Source of the DNA: Candidatus Dormiibacterota bacterium
GTDB lineage: Bacteria > Chloroflexota > Dormibacteria > Dormibacterales > Dormibacteraceae
Length of the DNA: 64,000 bases
Assembly: GCA_036395015.1 (NCBI GenBank)
Contig: DASWDZ010000084.1
Coordinates: 6,151 to 70,150, forward strand
Direction of reading: 5' to 3'
Under the pieces are notes generated by a model. It was not told where the DNA came from. It worked only from the letters and a program-made list of their open reading frames with translations, and did not search any database. This document shows positions 26,278-34,957 of this stretch, piece after piece; within the stretch, counting starts at the first letter, position 1, and every line of letters begins with the position of its first letter. A program made the position numbers and the translations under genes.

Positions 26278-27509
26278 CGGCCGCCCTGGCGCAGGACGTT
26301 CATGACGAGCGGGATCTCCGGCAGCAGGTCGCCGGCCAGGAGGCCCGAGTCCCCGAGCCGCTCCGCGATTCTCCTGCCCGCGGCGGCGTGGACGTAGACC
26401 CCGGTCACCGCGGCGGCAAACGGATCGGAGCCTTGCGCGATAAGGCCGCCGATGACCCCGGAGAGCACGTCGCCGGTCCCGCCTGACGCGAGCGCCGGGA
26501 CCTCGTGGGGATCCTCGCTCAATCGCCCGTCCGGGTGGGCGACAACAGTGTGCGCGCCCTTGAGGACGACGATCGCCCCCCACTCCTTCGCCGCCACGCG
26601 CGCCGCCTTTTGGCGGTCGGCGTTGATCGCGTCCGCCGTCTTGCCGGTCAAGCGGGAGAGCTCGCCCGGATGCGGTGTCAGGACCCGATTCGCGCCCAGC
26701 TTGCCTTTCGCGCGGGCCGCGTCGGCGAGGGCGTTCAGTCCGTCGGCGTCGATCACCAGCGGGCACCTGGCGTGCATCGCGAGGTCGACGACCAGGCGCC
26801 AGGTCGAGGTGTCGCGACCGAGGCCGGGACCGATGATGCCCACAGCCGCCCCCGCCAGCTGGCGCAGGATCGAATCGTAAGCGGCGTGGCCGACCGCACC
26901 CGGCGCGACCTCGGGCATCGGCGTGGCCATGACCTCGGTGCACTTGGCGGCCAGGATCGGGTAGATCGTGTCGGCGACGAGGAGCCGGACCAGGCCGGCC
27001 CCGGTCCGCGCCGCGGCCGTGGACGAGAGGTAGGCGGCACCGGTCAGGCCGAGGCTCCCGGCGAGGACGACCGCCGTCCCAAAGGTGCCCTTGTGGGCGT
27101 CCTTCGGACGCTCCGGGATCATGACCGCGTCGGGTGCAGGCAGCATGGTCGAGACATCCGAGATCTCGAGGTGCGCGGTCGCCACAGCGAGGCGGCTGTG
27201 ATGCGTGATGCTCACCTCGACCTGGGCGCCGCGGCCGTCCCCGAGCAGCCGGGCGCGCGGCGCCCCGTTCGGACCCGGCAGGACCTCGATCCGGCGCCGC
27301 GGGAAGCAGATCCCCGTCCCGTCGAAGCACTTGATCACGGCCTCCTTGGCCGCCCACCGGCCGGCCAGCCGCTCGTCGTTGCCCGCGCAGTAGGCGAGCT
27401 CGGCGGTGGTGTAGACCTTGTTCAGGAACCCGGCTCCGGAGCGCTTGACGGCAAGCGCGATCCGATCCACCGAAACTGCGTCCACACCGATGCGCTGCAC
27501 GGCTGTCAT
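26274..27509 (-). CDS. Fusion protein: holo-ACP synthase (AcpS) + ADP-dependent NAD(P)H-hydrate dehydratase (NnrD / YjeF C-terminal domain)
   Basis: The N-terminal ~115 aa (IGVDAVSVDRI ... WAAKEAVIKC) are AcpS. The rest (HKGTFGTAVVLAGS, GPGLG, TPHPGE, GGTGDVLSG) is a YjeF_C kinase-fold dehydratase. Start is ATG 27509 or GTG 27527. Confidence 0.8.
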   Translation of the reverse strand: MTAVQRIGVDAVSVDRIALAVKRSGAGFLNKVYTTAELAYCAGNDERLAGRWAAKEAVIKCFDGTGICFPRRRIEVLPGPNGAPRARLLGDGRGAQVEVSITHHSRLAVATAHLEISDVSTMLPAPDAVMIPERPKDAHKGTFGTAVVLAGSLGLTGAAYLSSTAAARTGAGLVRLLVADTIYPILAAKCTEVMATPMPEVAPGAVGHAAYDSILRQLAGAAVGIIGPGLGRDTSTWRLVVDLAMHARCPLVIDADGLNALADAARAKGKLGANRVLTPHPGELSRLTGKTADAINADRQKAARVAAKEWGAIVVLKGAHTVVAHPDGRLSEDPHEVPALASGGTGDVLSGVIGGLIAQGSDPFAAAVTGVYVHAAAGRRIAERLGDSGLLAGDLLPEIPLVMNVLRQGGR

Positions 27510-27545
27510 TCTGCCGCCACGCCCCACCCGGCCGCTTCGCGGCCG

Positions 27546-27568
27546 ACCTCCCCAGCAAGTGGGGAGGT
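27546..27568. repeat. GC-rich palindromic intergenic repeat, copy d (ACCTCCCCA-GCAAG-TGGGGAGGT)
   Basis: 9-bp perfect stem between the glmS stop and the acpS-nnrD start. Confidence 0.8.
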
Positions 27569-27578
27569 GAAGCGCTCC

Positions 27579-29423
27579 CTACTCGACGGTGACGGACTTG
27601 GCGAGGTTCCGCGGCTGGTCGACGTCGCGCCCGAGCTTGGTCGCCACGTGGTAGGCGAACAGCTGGAGCATGACCGTGTTGAGGACGGCCGAGGCCGCTT
27701 CCTCGACGGCCGGCATCTCGAAGATGTCGGTGGCCACGCTGCTCAGCGAGCGGTCGCCTTCCGAAACCAAGGCGATGACCGGCGCACTGCGGGCCACGAT
27801 CTCGTGCACGTTGCTGACCATCTTTTCTTTGGTCGAGCTCGCGGTGCAGATGGCGACGACCGGAAACTGCTCGTCGAGAAGGGCGATCGGGCCGTGCTTG
27901 AGCTCGCCACCCGAGGTGCCCTCAGCGTGCACGTACGAGATCTCCTTCAGCTTCAGTGCCCCTTCGAGGGCGACGGGGTACCCGACACCGCGCCCGGCGT
28001 ACATGAAGTTGCGGTACTTGCTGTACTTGTGGGCCAGCTTGACGATCTCCTTGTCTCGCCCGAGCAGCGCCCTGACCTGGTCCGGCAACGCCCGCAGCGC
28101 CTCGACGATCTCGCGACGCCGCTCCGGTGAAATCCGGCCGTTGGCCTGTCCCAATCGCATCGCGAGCAGGAAGAGGCTGATCAGGTGAGAGTTGAAGGTC
28201 TTCGTCGACGCGACCCCGATCTCGGGGCCGGCGTGGAGGTAGATGGCGCCGTCCGCGTCCCGTGCGGCGGAGCTCGCGATCACGTTGGTGACCGCCGCGG
28301 TCAGCGCTCCACGCGCCTTGGCCTGCTGCAGGGCGACCAGCGTGTCGGCGGTTTCACCCGACTGCGTGATCACCACGCTCAGCGCGTGCTCGCCGAACGT
28401 GGGCCGGCGATAACGGAACTCCGAGGCGTCCATCGCCCGGGCCGGTATCCCGACCCAGTCCTCGAGCACGTACTCGCCGATCATCGCGGCGTGCAACGAG
28501 GTGCCCATTCCGAGCAGCACGATCTCCTTCAGATTGCGCAGCTGCGCGTCGGTCGCCTCGAACTCCCGGAAGGTGACCATGCCGTCGTCCGTGAGCCGGC
28601 CTCGCATCGCGTTCGCGATCGCCTCGTCGGTCTCGTGGATCTCCTTGAGCATGAAGTGGGCGAAGCCGCCCTTCTGGGCCTGGGTGACATCCCAGTCGAC
28701 GTGGACGACTTTCGGCTGCACCGTTACACCATCGAGAGTCGAAACGTCCGCACCGAGGGGTGTGACTGACGCGACCTCACCCTCCCCGAGCACCAGCACG
28801 CGCTTGGTGTAAGGGATGATCGCTGTGATATCGGAGGCGATGTAGTACTCGTCGTCGCCGAGTCCGACCACCAGCGGCGCGTTGAGTCGCGCCCCGACGA
28901 GCAGCTCGGGGTCCTCGCTTGAGAACATCGCCAGCGCGTAGGCGCCGCGGATGCGCTTGAGCGCGACGCGGACGGCGGCAAGGAAGTCGCCGTTGTAGTA
29001 CTTCTCGATGAGGTGGGGGACGACCTCGGTATCGGTTTCGGACGGGAACTCATGCCCCTCCGCCTCGAGCTCCGCCTTGAGCTCCGCGAAGTTCTCGATG
29101 ATCCCGTTGTGGACGACGAAGATCTTGCCGTGGCAGTCGGTGTGCGGATGGGCGTTGAGGTAGGTCGGCTTGCCGTGGGTCGCCCACCGCGTGTGGCCGA
29201 TGCCGAGCTTGCCGGTGGGCATGTTCAACTGCAGCTTCTCGATCAGGGTGTCGACCTTGGCCTCCGACTTGGTGACGCTGGTCCGGATCGCCTCACCCGG
29301 CTTGGGCAGCTCGAGGACGGCTACGCCCGCCGAGTCGTAGCCCCGGTACTCGAGGCGCTTGAGGCTCTCCATGAGGATCGGCGTCGCCTCACGGCCGCCC
29401 AGATAGCCGATGATCCCGCACAT
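27579..29423 (-). CDS. glmS: Glutamine--fructose-6-phosphate aminotransferase
   Basis: MCGIIGYLGG N-terminal nucleophile and two SIS domains, ending in VTVE. AAGGAG SD. Confidence 0.97.
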   Translation of the reverse strand: MCGIIGYLGGREATPILMESLKRLEYRGYDSAGVAVLELPKPGEAIRTSVTKSEAKVDTLIEKLQLNMPTGKLGIGHTRWATHGKPTYLNAHPHTDCHGKIFVVHNGIIENFAELKAELEAEGHEFPSETDTEVVPHLIEKYYNGDFLAAVRVALKRIRGAYALAMFSSEDPELLVGARLNAPLVVGLGDDEYYIASDITAIIPYTKRVLVLGEGEVASVTPLGADVSTLDGVTVQPKVVHVDWDVTQAQKGGFAHFMLKEIHETDEAIANAMRGRLTDDGMVTFREFEATDAQLRNLKEIVLLGMGTSLHAAMIGEYVLEDWVGIPARAMDASEFRYRRPTFGEHALSVVITQSGETADTLVALQQAKARGALTAAVTNVIASSAARDADGAIYLHAGPEIGVASTKTFNSHLISLFLLAMRLGQANGRISPERRREIVEALRALPDQVRALLGRDKEIVKLAHKYSKYRNFMYAGRGVGYPVALEGALKLKEISYVHAEGTSGGELKHGPIALLDEQFPVVAICTASSTKEKMVSNVHEIVARSAPVIALVSEGDRSLSSVATDIFEMPAVEEAASAVLNTVMLQLFAYHVATKLGRDVDQPRNLAKSVTVE

Positions 29424-29509
29424 CTCCTTACCTCTACTAGAACTTCTGGCCCGTTTATTTCGACTGTTGCCGGGACGTAGGAACGGGAGCCGAGGGCGTC
29501 AGGTTACTC

Positions 29510-30490
29510 CTAGGATCCCGAACTGACGTTCGGATTAGGCGAGATCGTGTACTTGACCGTGGCGGTGGTGACTGAGCCGGTCACGCCAGTGGGGTAGTTG
29601 ATCCCCACCTCGAACGTGACGTCGGACGTGCTGCCGCTCAGGTCGACCGGGGACAGGGTGATGTTGCGCACGCGCTGCAGGACGGCCGCGGCCCCGCTGA
29701 TCGTGACGATGAGAGGCGTGATGGTGACCCCGGTCACCCGGTAGCCCGCCGGCGGCGGCTTCGACGGAGGCGGGTCGACAAGCGGCACCGAGGCGCTCGT
29801 CGTGCCCGCGACCGACTCGGCGTGAAGGTTGACCGCCGTCACGTCAAGGCTGGAGGCCGGCACGGTTCGCACCGACAGATCGAGCGTGCCGCTCGCGTTC
29901 TGGAGCGTCACCGGCTGGTTGGGAGAATTCGACGTGCCGATCACGTCACCGGGAAATGTCGCGACTGCCTTCAGGTTGTTCTCCCAGCTGACCGGCCCGA
30001 CGAAATGCACCTTGCACGGGCTGGGACTCGGCGTGCCCGGGCACGTGGCCAGGGTCTTCGAGGGGTCGAGCGACCAGCCGTTGGCGGCGCGGGCGTTGAC
30101 GACTACCGGCAGTTCGACCGCCTGCAAGGTGTCGATCGTGACCGCGATTGGCGGAGGATTCTGGACCCTCACGTCCTGCACGGTTGTGCTTCCGACGATG
30201 TTCAATCTCACGGCCGAACCGGGCAGCGCTCCCGTGGCATCGACGGTAGCCACCGTGTTGCTCGTTTCGACCTTGCTGATCACATCCGCGAGCCCGGCAT
30301 AGGTGATCGTGGTCTTGGTTGGCGGATTGATGAGGACGATGTTTGGCGGCACCACGTAGTTGAGAGGCACTGTCAGGTACTTCACCGTGGGCGGGTTCTG
30401 CGAAAGCGCCACCGCGCCCAGCATCAGCACGGCGAGACCGAGAGCGAGGAGCTTCAGCCGCCACTCGTTCGTCAAGAGGCTCAAGCTCAT
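29510..30490 (-). CDS. cdaR: YbbR-domain protein, CdaR-like regulator of diadenylate cyclase
   Basis: N-terminal TM (WRLKLLALGLAVLMLG) followed by repeated YbbR-like beta-rich domains. ATGA overlap with the cdaA stop. Confidence 0.75.
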   Translation of the reverse strand: MSLSLLTNEWRLKLLALGLAVLMLGAVALSQNPPTVKYLTVPLNYVVPPNIVLINPPTKTTITYAGLADVISKVETSNTVATVDATGALPGSAVRLNIVGSTTVQDVRVQNPPPIAVTIDTLQAVELPVVVNARAANGWSLDPSKTLATCPGTPSPSPCKVHFVGPVSWENNLKAVATFPGDVIGTSNSPNQPVTLQNASGTLDLSVRTVPASSLDVTAVNLHAESVAGTTSASVPLVDPPPSKPPPAGYRVTGVTITPLIVTISGAAAVLQRVRNITLSPVDLSGSTSDVTFEVGINYPTGVTGSVTTATVKYTISPNPNVSSGS

Positions 30491-31314
30491 CGGCGGAACC
30501 TGAAGATGCCGTTGCCGTTCTGAGAGGCCACCTTCAACGCGACCCTGCGCCGCAGGCTGTCGGGGTCGAGGTTGCGGCTGATCTTGCCCTCTTCAACGAC
30601 GGAGATGTTGCCCGTCTCCTCGGAGACGACGAGCACCAGGGCGTCGGAGGCCAGGGAGAGTCCCAGCGCCGCCCGATGCCGCGTGCCGAGCCGCTCACGT
30701 ACCGTGCCCTCCTCGGGCAGCGGCAACAGGCATCCGGCCGCGACCACGCGGTTGCCGCGGACGATCACCGCGCCGTCGTGGAGCGGCGAGTTGGGATAGA
30801 AGATCGACTGCAGCATCTCGGCCGAGATTTCCCCGTTGATCTTCACACCAGTCGCCGCGTAGTCCTCGAGCCCGACCTCGCGTTCAAACGCGATGAGCGC
30901 GCCCGTCCTCTTGGCGCTCAGGCGCTCGGCGGCGCGGATCGACTCCGAGATCGCCTCGTTGTACTGCCGGGTGCTGAACCGCGACAGCGGCCGGCCGATG
31001 CGGCCGATGCGCCCCAGCTGGTCCAGGGCACGCCGAAGCTCGGGCTGGAACATGACGATGACCGCGATGATGATGAAGAAGGTCGCGTTGTGAAACAGCC
31101 AGGAGAGCAAGATCAGGTTGAAGGTCGTCGAGAGAAAACCGACGACCGCGAGCAGGATCAGGCCGACCAGGATCTGCGTCCCCTGTGTGCCGCGGAGCAG
31201 CCGTAGCAGCTGATAGAGGATGAAGGTGACGACCGCCACGTCCACGATCTCCAGCGGGCCGATGTGGCGGATGACCTCGGCCAGCTGGACCAGGAACTGG
31301 TTGACAGCGTTCAC
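30487..31314 (-). CDS. cdaA: Diadenylate cyclase CdaA (DisA_N/DAC domain, membrane anchored)
   Basis: Three N-terminal TM helices and DAC motifs (GALIAFE, PLHDGAVIV, LGTRHRAALG, VVSEETG). The GTG at 31314 overlaps the argF stop as GTGA. Confidence 0.85.
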   Translation of the reverse strand: MNAVNQFLVQLAEVIRHIGPLEIVDVAVVTFILYQLLRLLRGTQGTQILVGLILLAVVGFLSTTFNLILLSWLFHNATFFIIIAVIVMFQPELRRALDQLGRIGRIGRPLSRFSTRQYNEAISESIRAAERLSAKRTGALIAFEREVGLEDYAATGVKINGEISAEMLQSIFYPNSPLHDGAVIVRGNRVVAAGCLLPLPEEGTVRERLGTRHRAALGLSLASDALVLVVSEETGNISVVEEGKISRNLDPDSLRRRVALKVASQNGNGIFRFRR

Positions 31315-32240
31315 GCTGCAAAAAGCTCCGCCATCAACGCCATCTGCGTGTAGAGCCGGTTTTCGGCCTGCTGGAACACGACCGAGCGAGGCCCGTCGAT
31401 GACCTCGTCGGTGACCTCCTCGCCTCGATGCGCGGGCAGGCAGTGCATGAACACCGCGCCGGGAGAGGCATCCATCACCCCGCGGGTCACCTGGTAGCGC
31501 GCGAAGGCTTCGCGCCGGACCTGCTGCTGCGCCTCCTGTCCCATCGATGCCCAAACGTCGGTGTAGATCGCCGTGGCGTTCTCTAGCTCTGCGATGTCGT
31601 TTGTCAGGGTGACCTGGTGGTTTCCTGAATTGATGCTACGCGCGCGGTCGAGAACTGAAGCCGGCGGAGCGTAACCGGGCGGGGTGACCACGGTCAGGGT
31701 CACGCCGGTGAGCGCAGCACCTTCGATCAGGGAGTTGACGATGTTGTTCCCATCGCCGATGTAGACAAGATGCTGCCGGGTGAGGTCGCCGCGGACCTCC
31801 TCCATCGTCATCAGGTCGGCCAGGACCTGGCAGGGGTGCGAGCGGTCGGTCAGGGCGTTGATCACGGGCCTTTCGGAGGCGCCAGCCAGCGCGACGAGGT
31901 CGTCATGTGAGCGCAAACGCGCCACGATCCCGTCCACGTAACGGTCGAGGACGCGCGCCGCGTCGGGCACGCTCTCGCGCACGCCGAGCTGGACGTCGTT
32001 CTCGGTCAGTGTGGTCGTGGCGCCGCCCAGCCTGGCAATCCCCACCTCGAAGGAGACCCTCGTCCGGTGCGAGGGCTTCTGGAAGAGCATGGCGATGTGG
32101 CGGCCTGCCAGGGGACGGCCGGTCCATCGCCCGCCCTTGATTTCGTGGGCAAGGTCGAGGATCCGGCGCAATGCGTCGCGGTCGAGGTCGGCCACGTCGA
32201 TGAAATCGCGTCCCTGAAGCGAGATCACAGGAGCGATCAT
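31311..32240 (-). CDS. argF: Ornithine carbamoyltransferase
   Basis: SHRTRVSFE, HPCQVLADL, DVWASMGQE and FMHCLPAHRGEEV motifs. Confidence 0.85.
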   Translation of the reverse strand: MIAPVISLQGRDFIDVADLDRDALRRILDLAHEIKGGRWTGRPLAGRHIAMLFQKPSHRTRVSFEVGIARLGGATTTLTENDVQLGVRESVPDAARVLDRYVDGIVARLRSHDDLVALAGASERPVINALTDRSHPCQVLADLMTMEEVRGDLTRQHLVYIGDGNNIVNSLIEGAALTGVTLTVVTPPGYAPPASVLDRARSINSGNHQVTLTNDIAELENATAIYTDVWASMGQEAQQQVRREAFARYQVTRGVMDASPGAVFMHCLPAHRGEEVTDEVIDGPRSVVFQQAENRLYTQMALMAELFAA

Positions 32241-32267
32241 GATCGCTCTACTGGACCCGGATGCGCC

Positions 32268-32870
32268 TCAAAGGCGTGGGTCGATGAACTCCCCGGCGAC
32301 CACCGGCGAGATCGCCAGGTCGCGCAACGAGTCGAACTCGGGCAGCCGGGACCGCAGCCTGGGCTCGTCCCTCAGGCGGAGGATGAGGTCGCGGCAGGCA
32401 GCCGGCTCGAGGCCGAATGTGGCAGGCCTGAGCACGAGCGGTGTCTCATTCTTGAGCTGGATCGTCAGCCGGTCGGTGACCCGTACGTGCGGCCAGGCCC
32501 CAGGCTCGGACAGCGTGACGGCCTCCATCGAGGTCCAGAGGGCGCGCATCTCATGGCGGCCCTCGATCACCACCAGTCGATCTCGGAAGAGGCACAGCCG
32601 GGCCGGGGGCCAGTTGACGAGCTTGAACGCGGCCCACGCGGCGACCCCTGCGCCGGTGGCGGCGCCGACAGCCAGCACGACGGCGGCGATACCGCCGGCC
32701 GGCACTCGCCACGCGCCCAGTGCGAGGAGTCCGAAGACGGCTGCCCACGCCACTCCGGCCACGCCCAAGGACACGATCGACCGGTGCGATCGAACGTAGA
32801 TCAGGTGCTCCCCACCACCAACGAGTAGTGTATTCCCGGTAATGGACGTGCTCGCGGAGAGGGCCGCCAT
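32268..32870 (-). CDS. Hypothetical membrane protein
   Basis: Two hydrophobic helices followed by a soluble C-terminal domain; no family recognised. The start is uncertain (32870 or 32927), and either overlaps the divergent fadD start. Confidence 0.4.
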   Translation of the reverse strand: MAALSASTSITGNTLLVGGGEHLIYVRSHRSIVSLGVAGVAWAAVFGLLALGAWRVPAGGIAAVVLAVGAATGAGVAAWAAFKLVNWPPARLCLFRDRLVVIEGRHEMRALWTSMEAVTLSEPGAWPHVRVTDRLTIQLKNETPLVLRPATFGLEPAACRDLILRLRDEPRLRSRLPEFDSLRDLAISPVVAGEFIDPRL

Positions 32871-34710
32871 CGATGCCACCGTCTCAGGCAAGACGGTATG
32901 CACTGCCTTCGCCGACGCGGTCGCCAAATGGGGCGACAGGCCGGCGCTGCACTGGAAAGAGAACGGCGACTGGCGGACCTCGACCTGGAGCGAGTACCGC
33001 GACCAGGTCGCCGCGGTGACACTCGGGCTGCGTTCGCTCGGCTTCGGTCCCGGTCAGTTCGGGTTGATCATGGCGCGCAACGTGCCGGAGCACGTGATCG
33101 CAGACCTCGGCATCGTGCACGCGGGCGGCGCGGCGATCAGCGTGTACAACACGCTCGCGCCGGAGCAGGTCGAGTACGTCGCCAACCACTCGGGGGCGAC
33201 CGTCGCCTTCGTGGAGGACGAGGGCTTCTTGGAGAAGTTCCTTGCGACCAGGGCGTCCACCCCGAACCTGCGCCACCTGGTGCTGGTTCGCGGCAGCGCG
33301 CCTGAAGGTGTGATGACCTGGAATTCGCTGCTCGAGCGCGGCCGCGAGCTTCACGCTGCGGAGCCCAAGGCGTTCGAGGAGTCATGGCGATCGGTCGGGC
33401 CCGAGGACACGATCTCCTTGATCTACACCTCAGGCACGACCGGACCGCCGAAGGGTGTCGTCTACTCGCACAACAACATCATGTGGACGCTCGAGTCCGT
33501 GCAGCGGTTCTGGCCCATCGAACAGCAGATCCTGGTGAGCTACCTGCCATTGGCGCACGTCGCCGAGCGGTTCACGTCGCAGTGGCGGGGGATGGTGCTT
33601 GGTGATGAGGTCTGGCTCTGCCCGGACCCGAACCTGCTGCTCCAGTTCCTGGTCGAAGCGAAACCGACCTTCTTCGTCGGGGTGCCCCGCGTGTGGGAGA
33701 AGCTCATGGCGGGACTCCAGGCCGGGATCGCCGCCGAGCCCGACGAGGCGAAGCGGCAGATGGTGCAGGGGGCGCTGTCCGCCGCCATCTCCGCCTACCG
33801 GCTGCGCCGGGAAGGCAAGCCGGTGCCGGAGGAGCTCGCCGCGGCGGTCGAGCGCGCGCAGCCGCTGTTCGTCCTCCTTCGCTCGAAGGTCGGACTTGAC
33901 CGCTGCACGACCGCGATCACGTCCACGGCGCCCTGCCGGCCGGAGGTGCACGAGTTCTGGGCCGCCCTTGGCATGCCCCTGTATGAGGTCTGGGGCATGA
34001 GTGAGCTCACCGGTCCGGCGACCGTCGTTCCCATGGACGACCACCAGGCGCCTTCGATCGGCAAGCCGATGCCCGGCGTCGAGGTCCGCCTGGGCGAGGA
34101 TGGCGAGCTGTTGGTGCGGGGCGGCAACGTGATGGTCGGTTACTACAAGGAGCCCGGAAAGACGTCCGAGATCATCGACGCCGACGGCTGGGTCCACAGC
34201 GGCGACATCGCCGAGCCAGGCCCGAACGGCCAGTTCCGGATCATCGACCGCAAGAAGGAGCTGATCATCACCTCGGCGGGCAAGAACATCTCCCCCTCCA
34301 ACCTCGAATCGCTTGCCAAGTCGAGCCCGATCATCGGTCAGGCCGTGGCCGTCGGCGACGCGCGCAACTTCATCTCGGTGCTTGTCGTCCTCGATCCGCA
34401 GGTCGCCCCCGCCTGGGCGAAGGCACGCGGGATCGCGGCGACGTCGATGGCCGAGCTCGCCGAGGATACCGCGGTGATCGCCGAGGTCCGCCGTGCGCTC
34501 ACCGCCGCAAACACGCACCTCTCGCGCGTCGAACAGTTCAAGCGCTTCACGATTCTTCCGACCGAGTGGTCCCCCGAGTCCGAGGAGCTCACGCCGACGA
34601 TGAAGCTCAAGCGCCGCGTGATCTACAGCAAGTACAACTCCCAGATCGAGGCCATGTACGCGAGTCCTCCCGGTGGTCACGCCGTCGACCCCGAGCGTGA
34701 GGGCGGCTAG
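32842..34710 (+). CDS. Long-chain fatty acid--CoA ligase (AMP-forming, FadD-like)
   Basis: AMP-binding motif IYTSGTTGPPKGV, plus GWVHSGDI and PTMKLKRR. Confidence 0.85.
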   Translation: MDVLAERAAIDATVSGKTVCTAFADAVAKWGDRPALHWKENGDWRTSTWSEYRDQVAAVTLGLRSLGFGPGQFGLIMARNVPEHVIADLGIVHAGGAAISVYNTLAPEQVEYVANHSGATVAFVEDEGFLEKFLATRASTPNLRHLVLVRGSAPEGVMTWNSLLERGRELHAAEPKAFEESWRSVGPEDTISLIYTSGTTGPPKGVVYSHNNIMWTLESVQRFWPIEQQILVSYLPLAHVAERFTSQWRGMVLGDEVWLCPDPNLLLQFLVEAKPTFFVGVPRVWEKLMAGLQAGIAAEPDEAKRQMVQGALSAAISAYRLRREGKPVPEELAAAVERAQPLFVLLRSKVGLDRCTTAITSTAPCRPEVHEFWAALGMPLYEVWGMSELTGPATVVPMDDHQAPSIGKPMPGVEVRLGEDGELLVRGGNVMVGYYKEPGKTSEIIDADGWVHSGDIAEPGPNGQFRIIDRKKELIITSAGKNISPSNLESLAKSSPIIGQAVAVGDARNFISVLVVLDPQVAPAWAKARGIAATSMAELAEDTAVIAEVRRALTAANTHLSRVEQFKRFTILPTEWSPESEELTPTMKLKRRVIYSKYNSQIEAMYASPPGGHAVDPEREGG

Positions 34711-34715
34711 GCCCG

Positions 34716-34901
34716 CTAGACCTTAGCCCCGTTCTTCTTTGCCGGGGCCGGCTTGAAGCTCATCACGGCTTCGGTGAACAGGCGCGTCGCAATCCTGGTC
34801 TTGGGCTCGCCGGTTCGGGCGGCGATCTTGGTGAGCTGGTCGATGACCCGCGGTTCGACGTTGAGGCGATAGAGCTGTTTGACGACGGTTCGTTCTTTCA
34901 T
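34716..34901 (-). CDS. Small ribbon-helix-helix-like protein (hypothetical)
   Basis: 61 aa with an ATG start. The pattern LNVEPRVIDQLTKIAARTG resembles a CopG/Arc-type RHH. Low certainty. Confidence 0.4.
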   Translation of the reverse strand: MKERTVVKQLYRLNVEPRVIDQLTKIAARTGEPKTRIATRLFTEAVMSFKPAPAKKNGAKV

Positions 34902-34957
34902 GCGCCTGAGTGTGGCGAGCAGGCGGAACGGTGCCTACCCTGCCCGTTAACAGACCG

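Noticed and set aside
26278-27558. Upstream 427 aa of the 784 aa ORF 25204-27558
   Set aside because: It is an alternate frame of the acpS-nnrD gene with an Arg/Gly/Pro-rich artefact composition. Alanine racemase homology starts only at 26277.
29424-29509. Possible glmS ribozyme upstream of glmS
   Set aside because: Only 86 nt separate glmS from the upstream cdaR stop, and the segment lacks the conserved ribozyme core (no AGCGCC cleavage-site context or pseudoknot-forming blocks that I can recognise). It looks like a plain spacer with an AAGGAG SD.
34716-34901. Toxin-antitoxin module (RHH antitoxin)
   Set aside because: No adjacent small toxin ORF exists on either side. The neighbours are fadD and a 231 aa tyrosine phosphatase.
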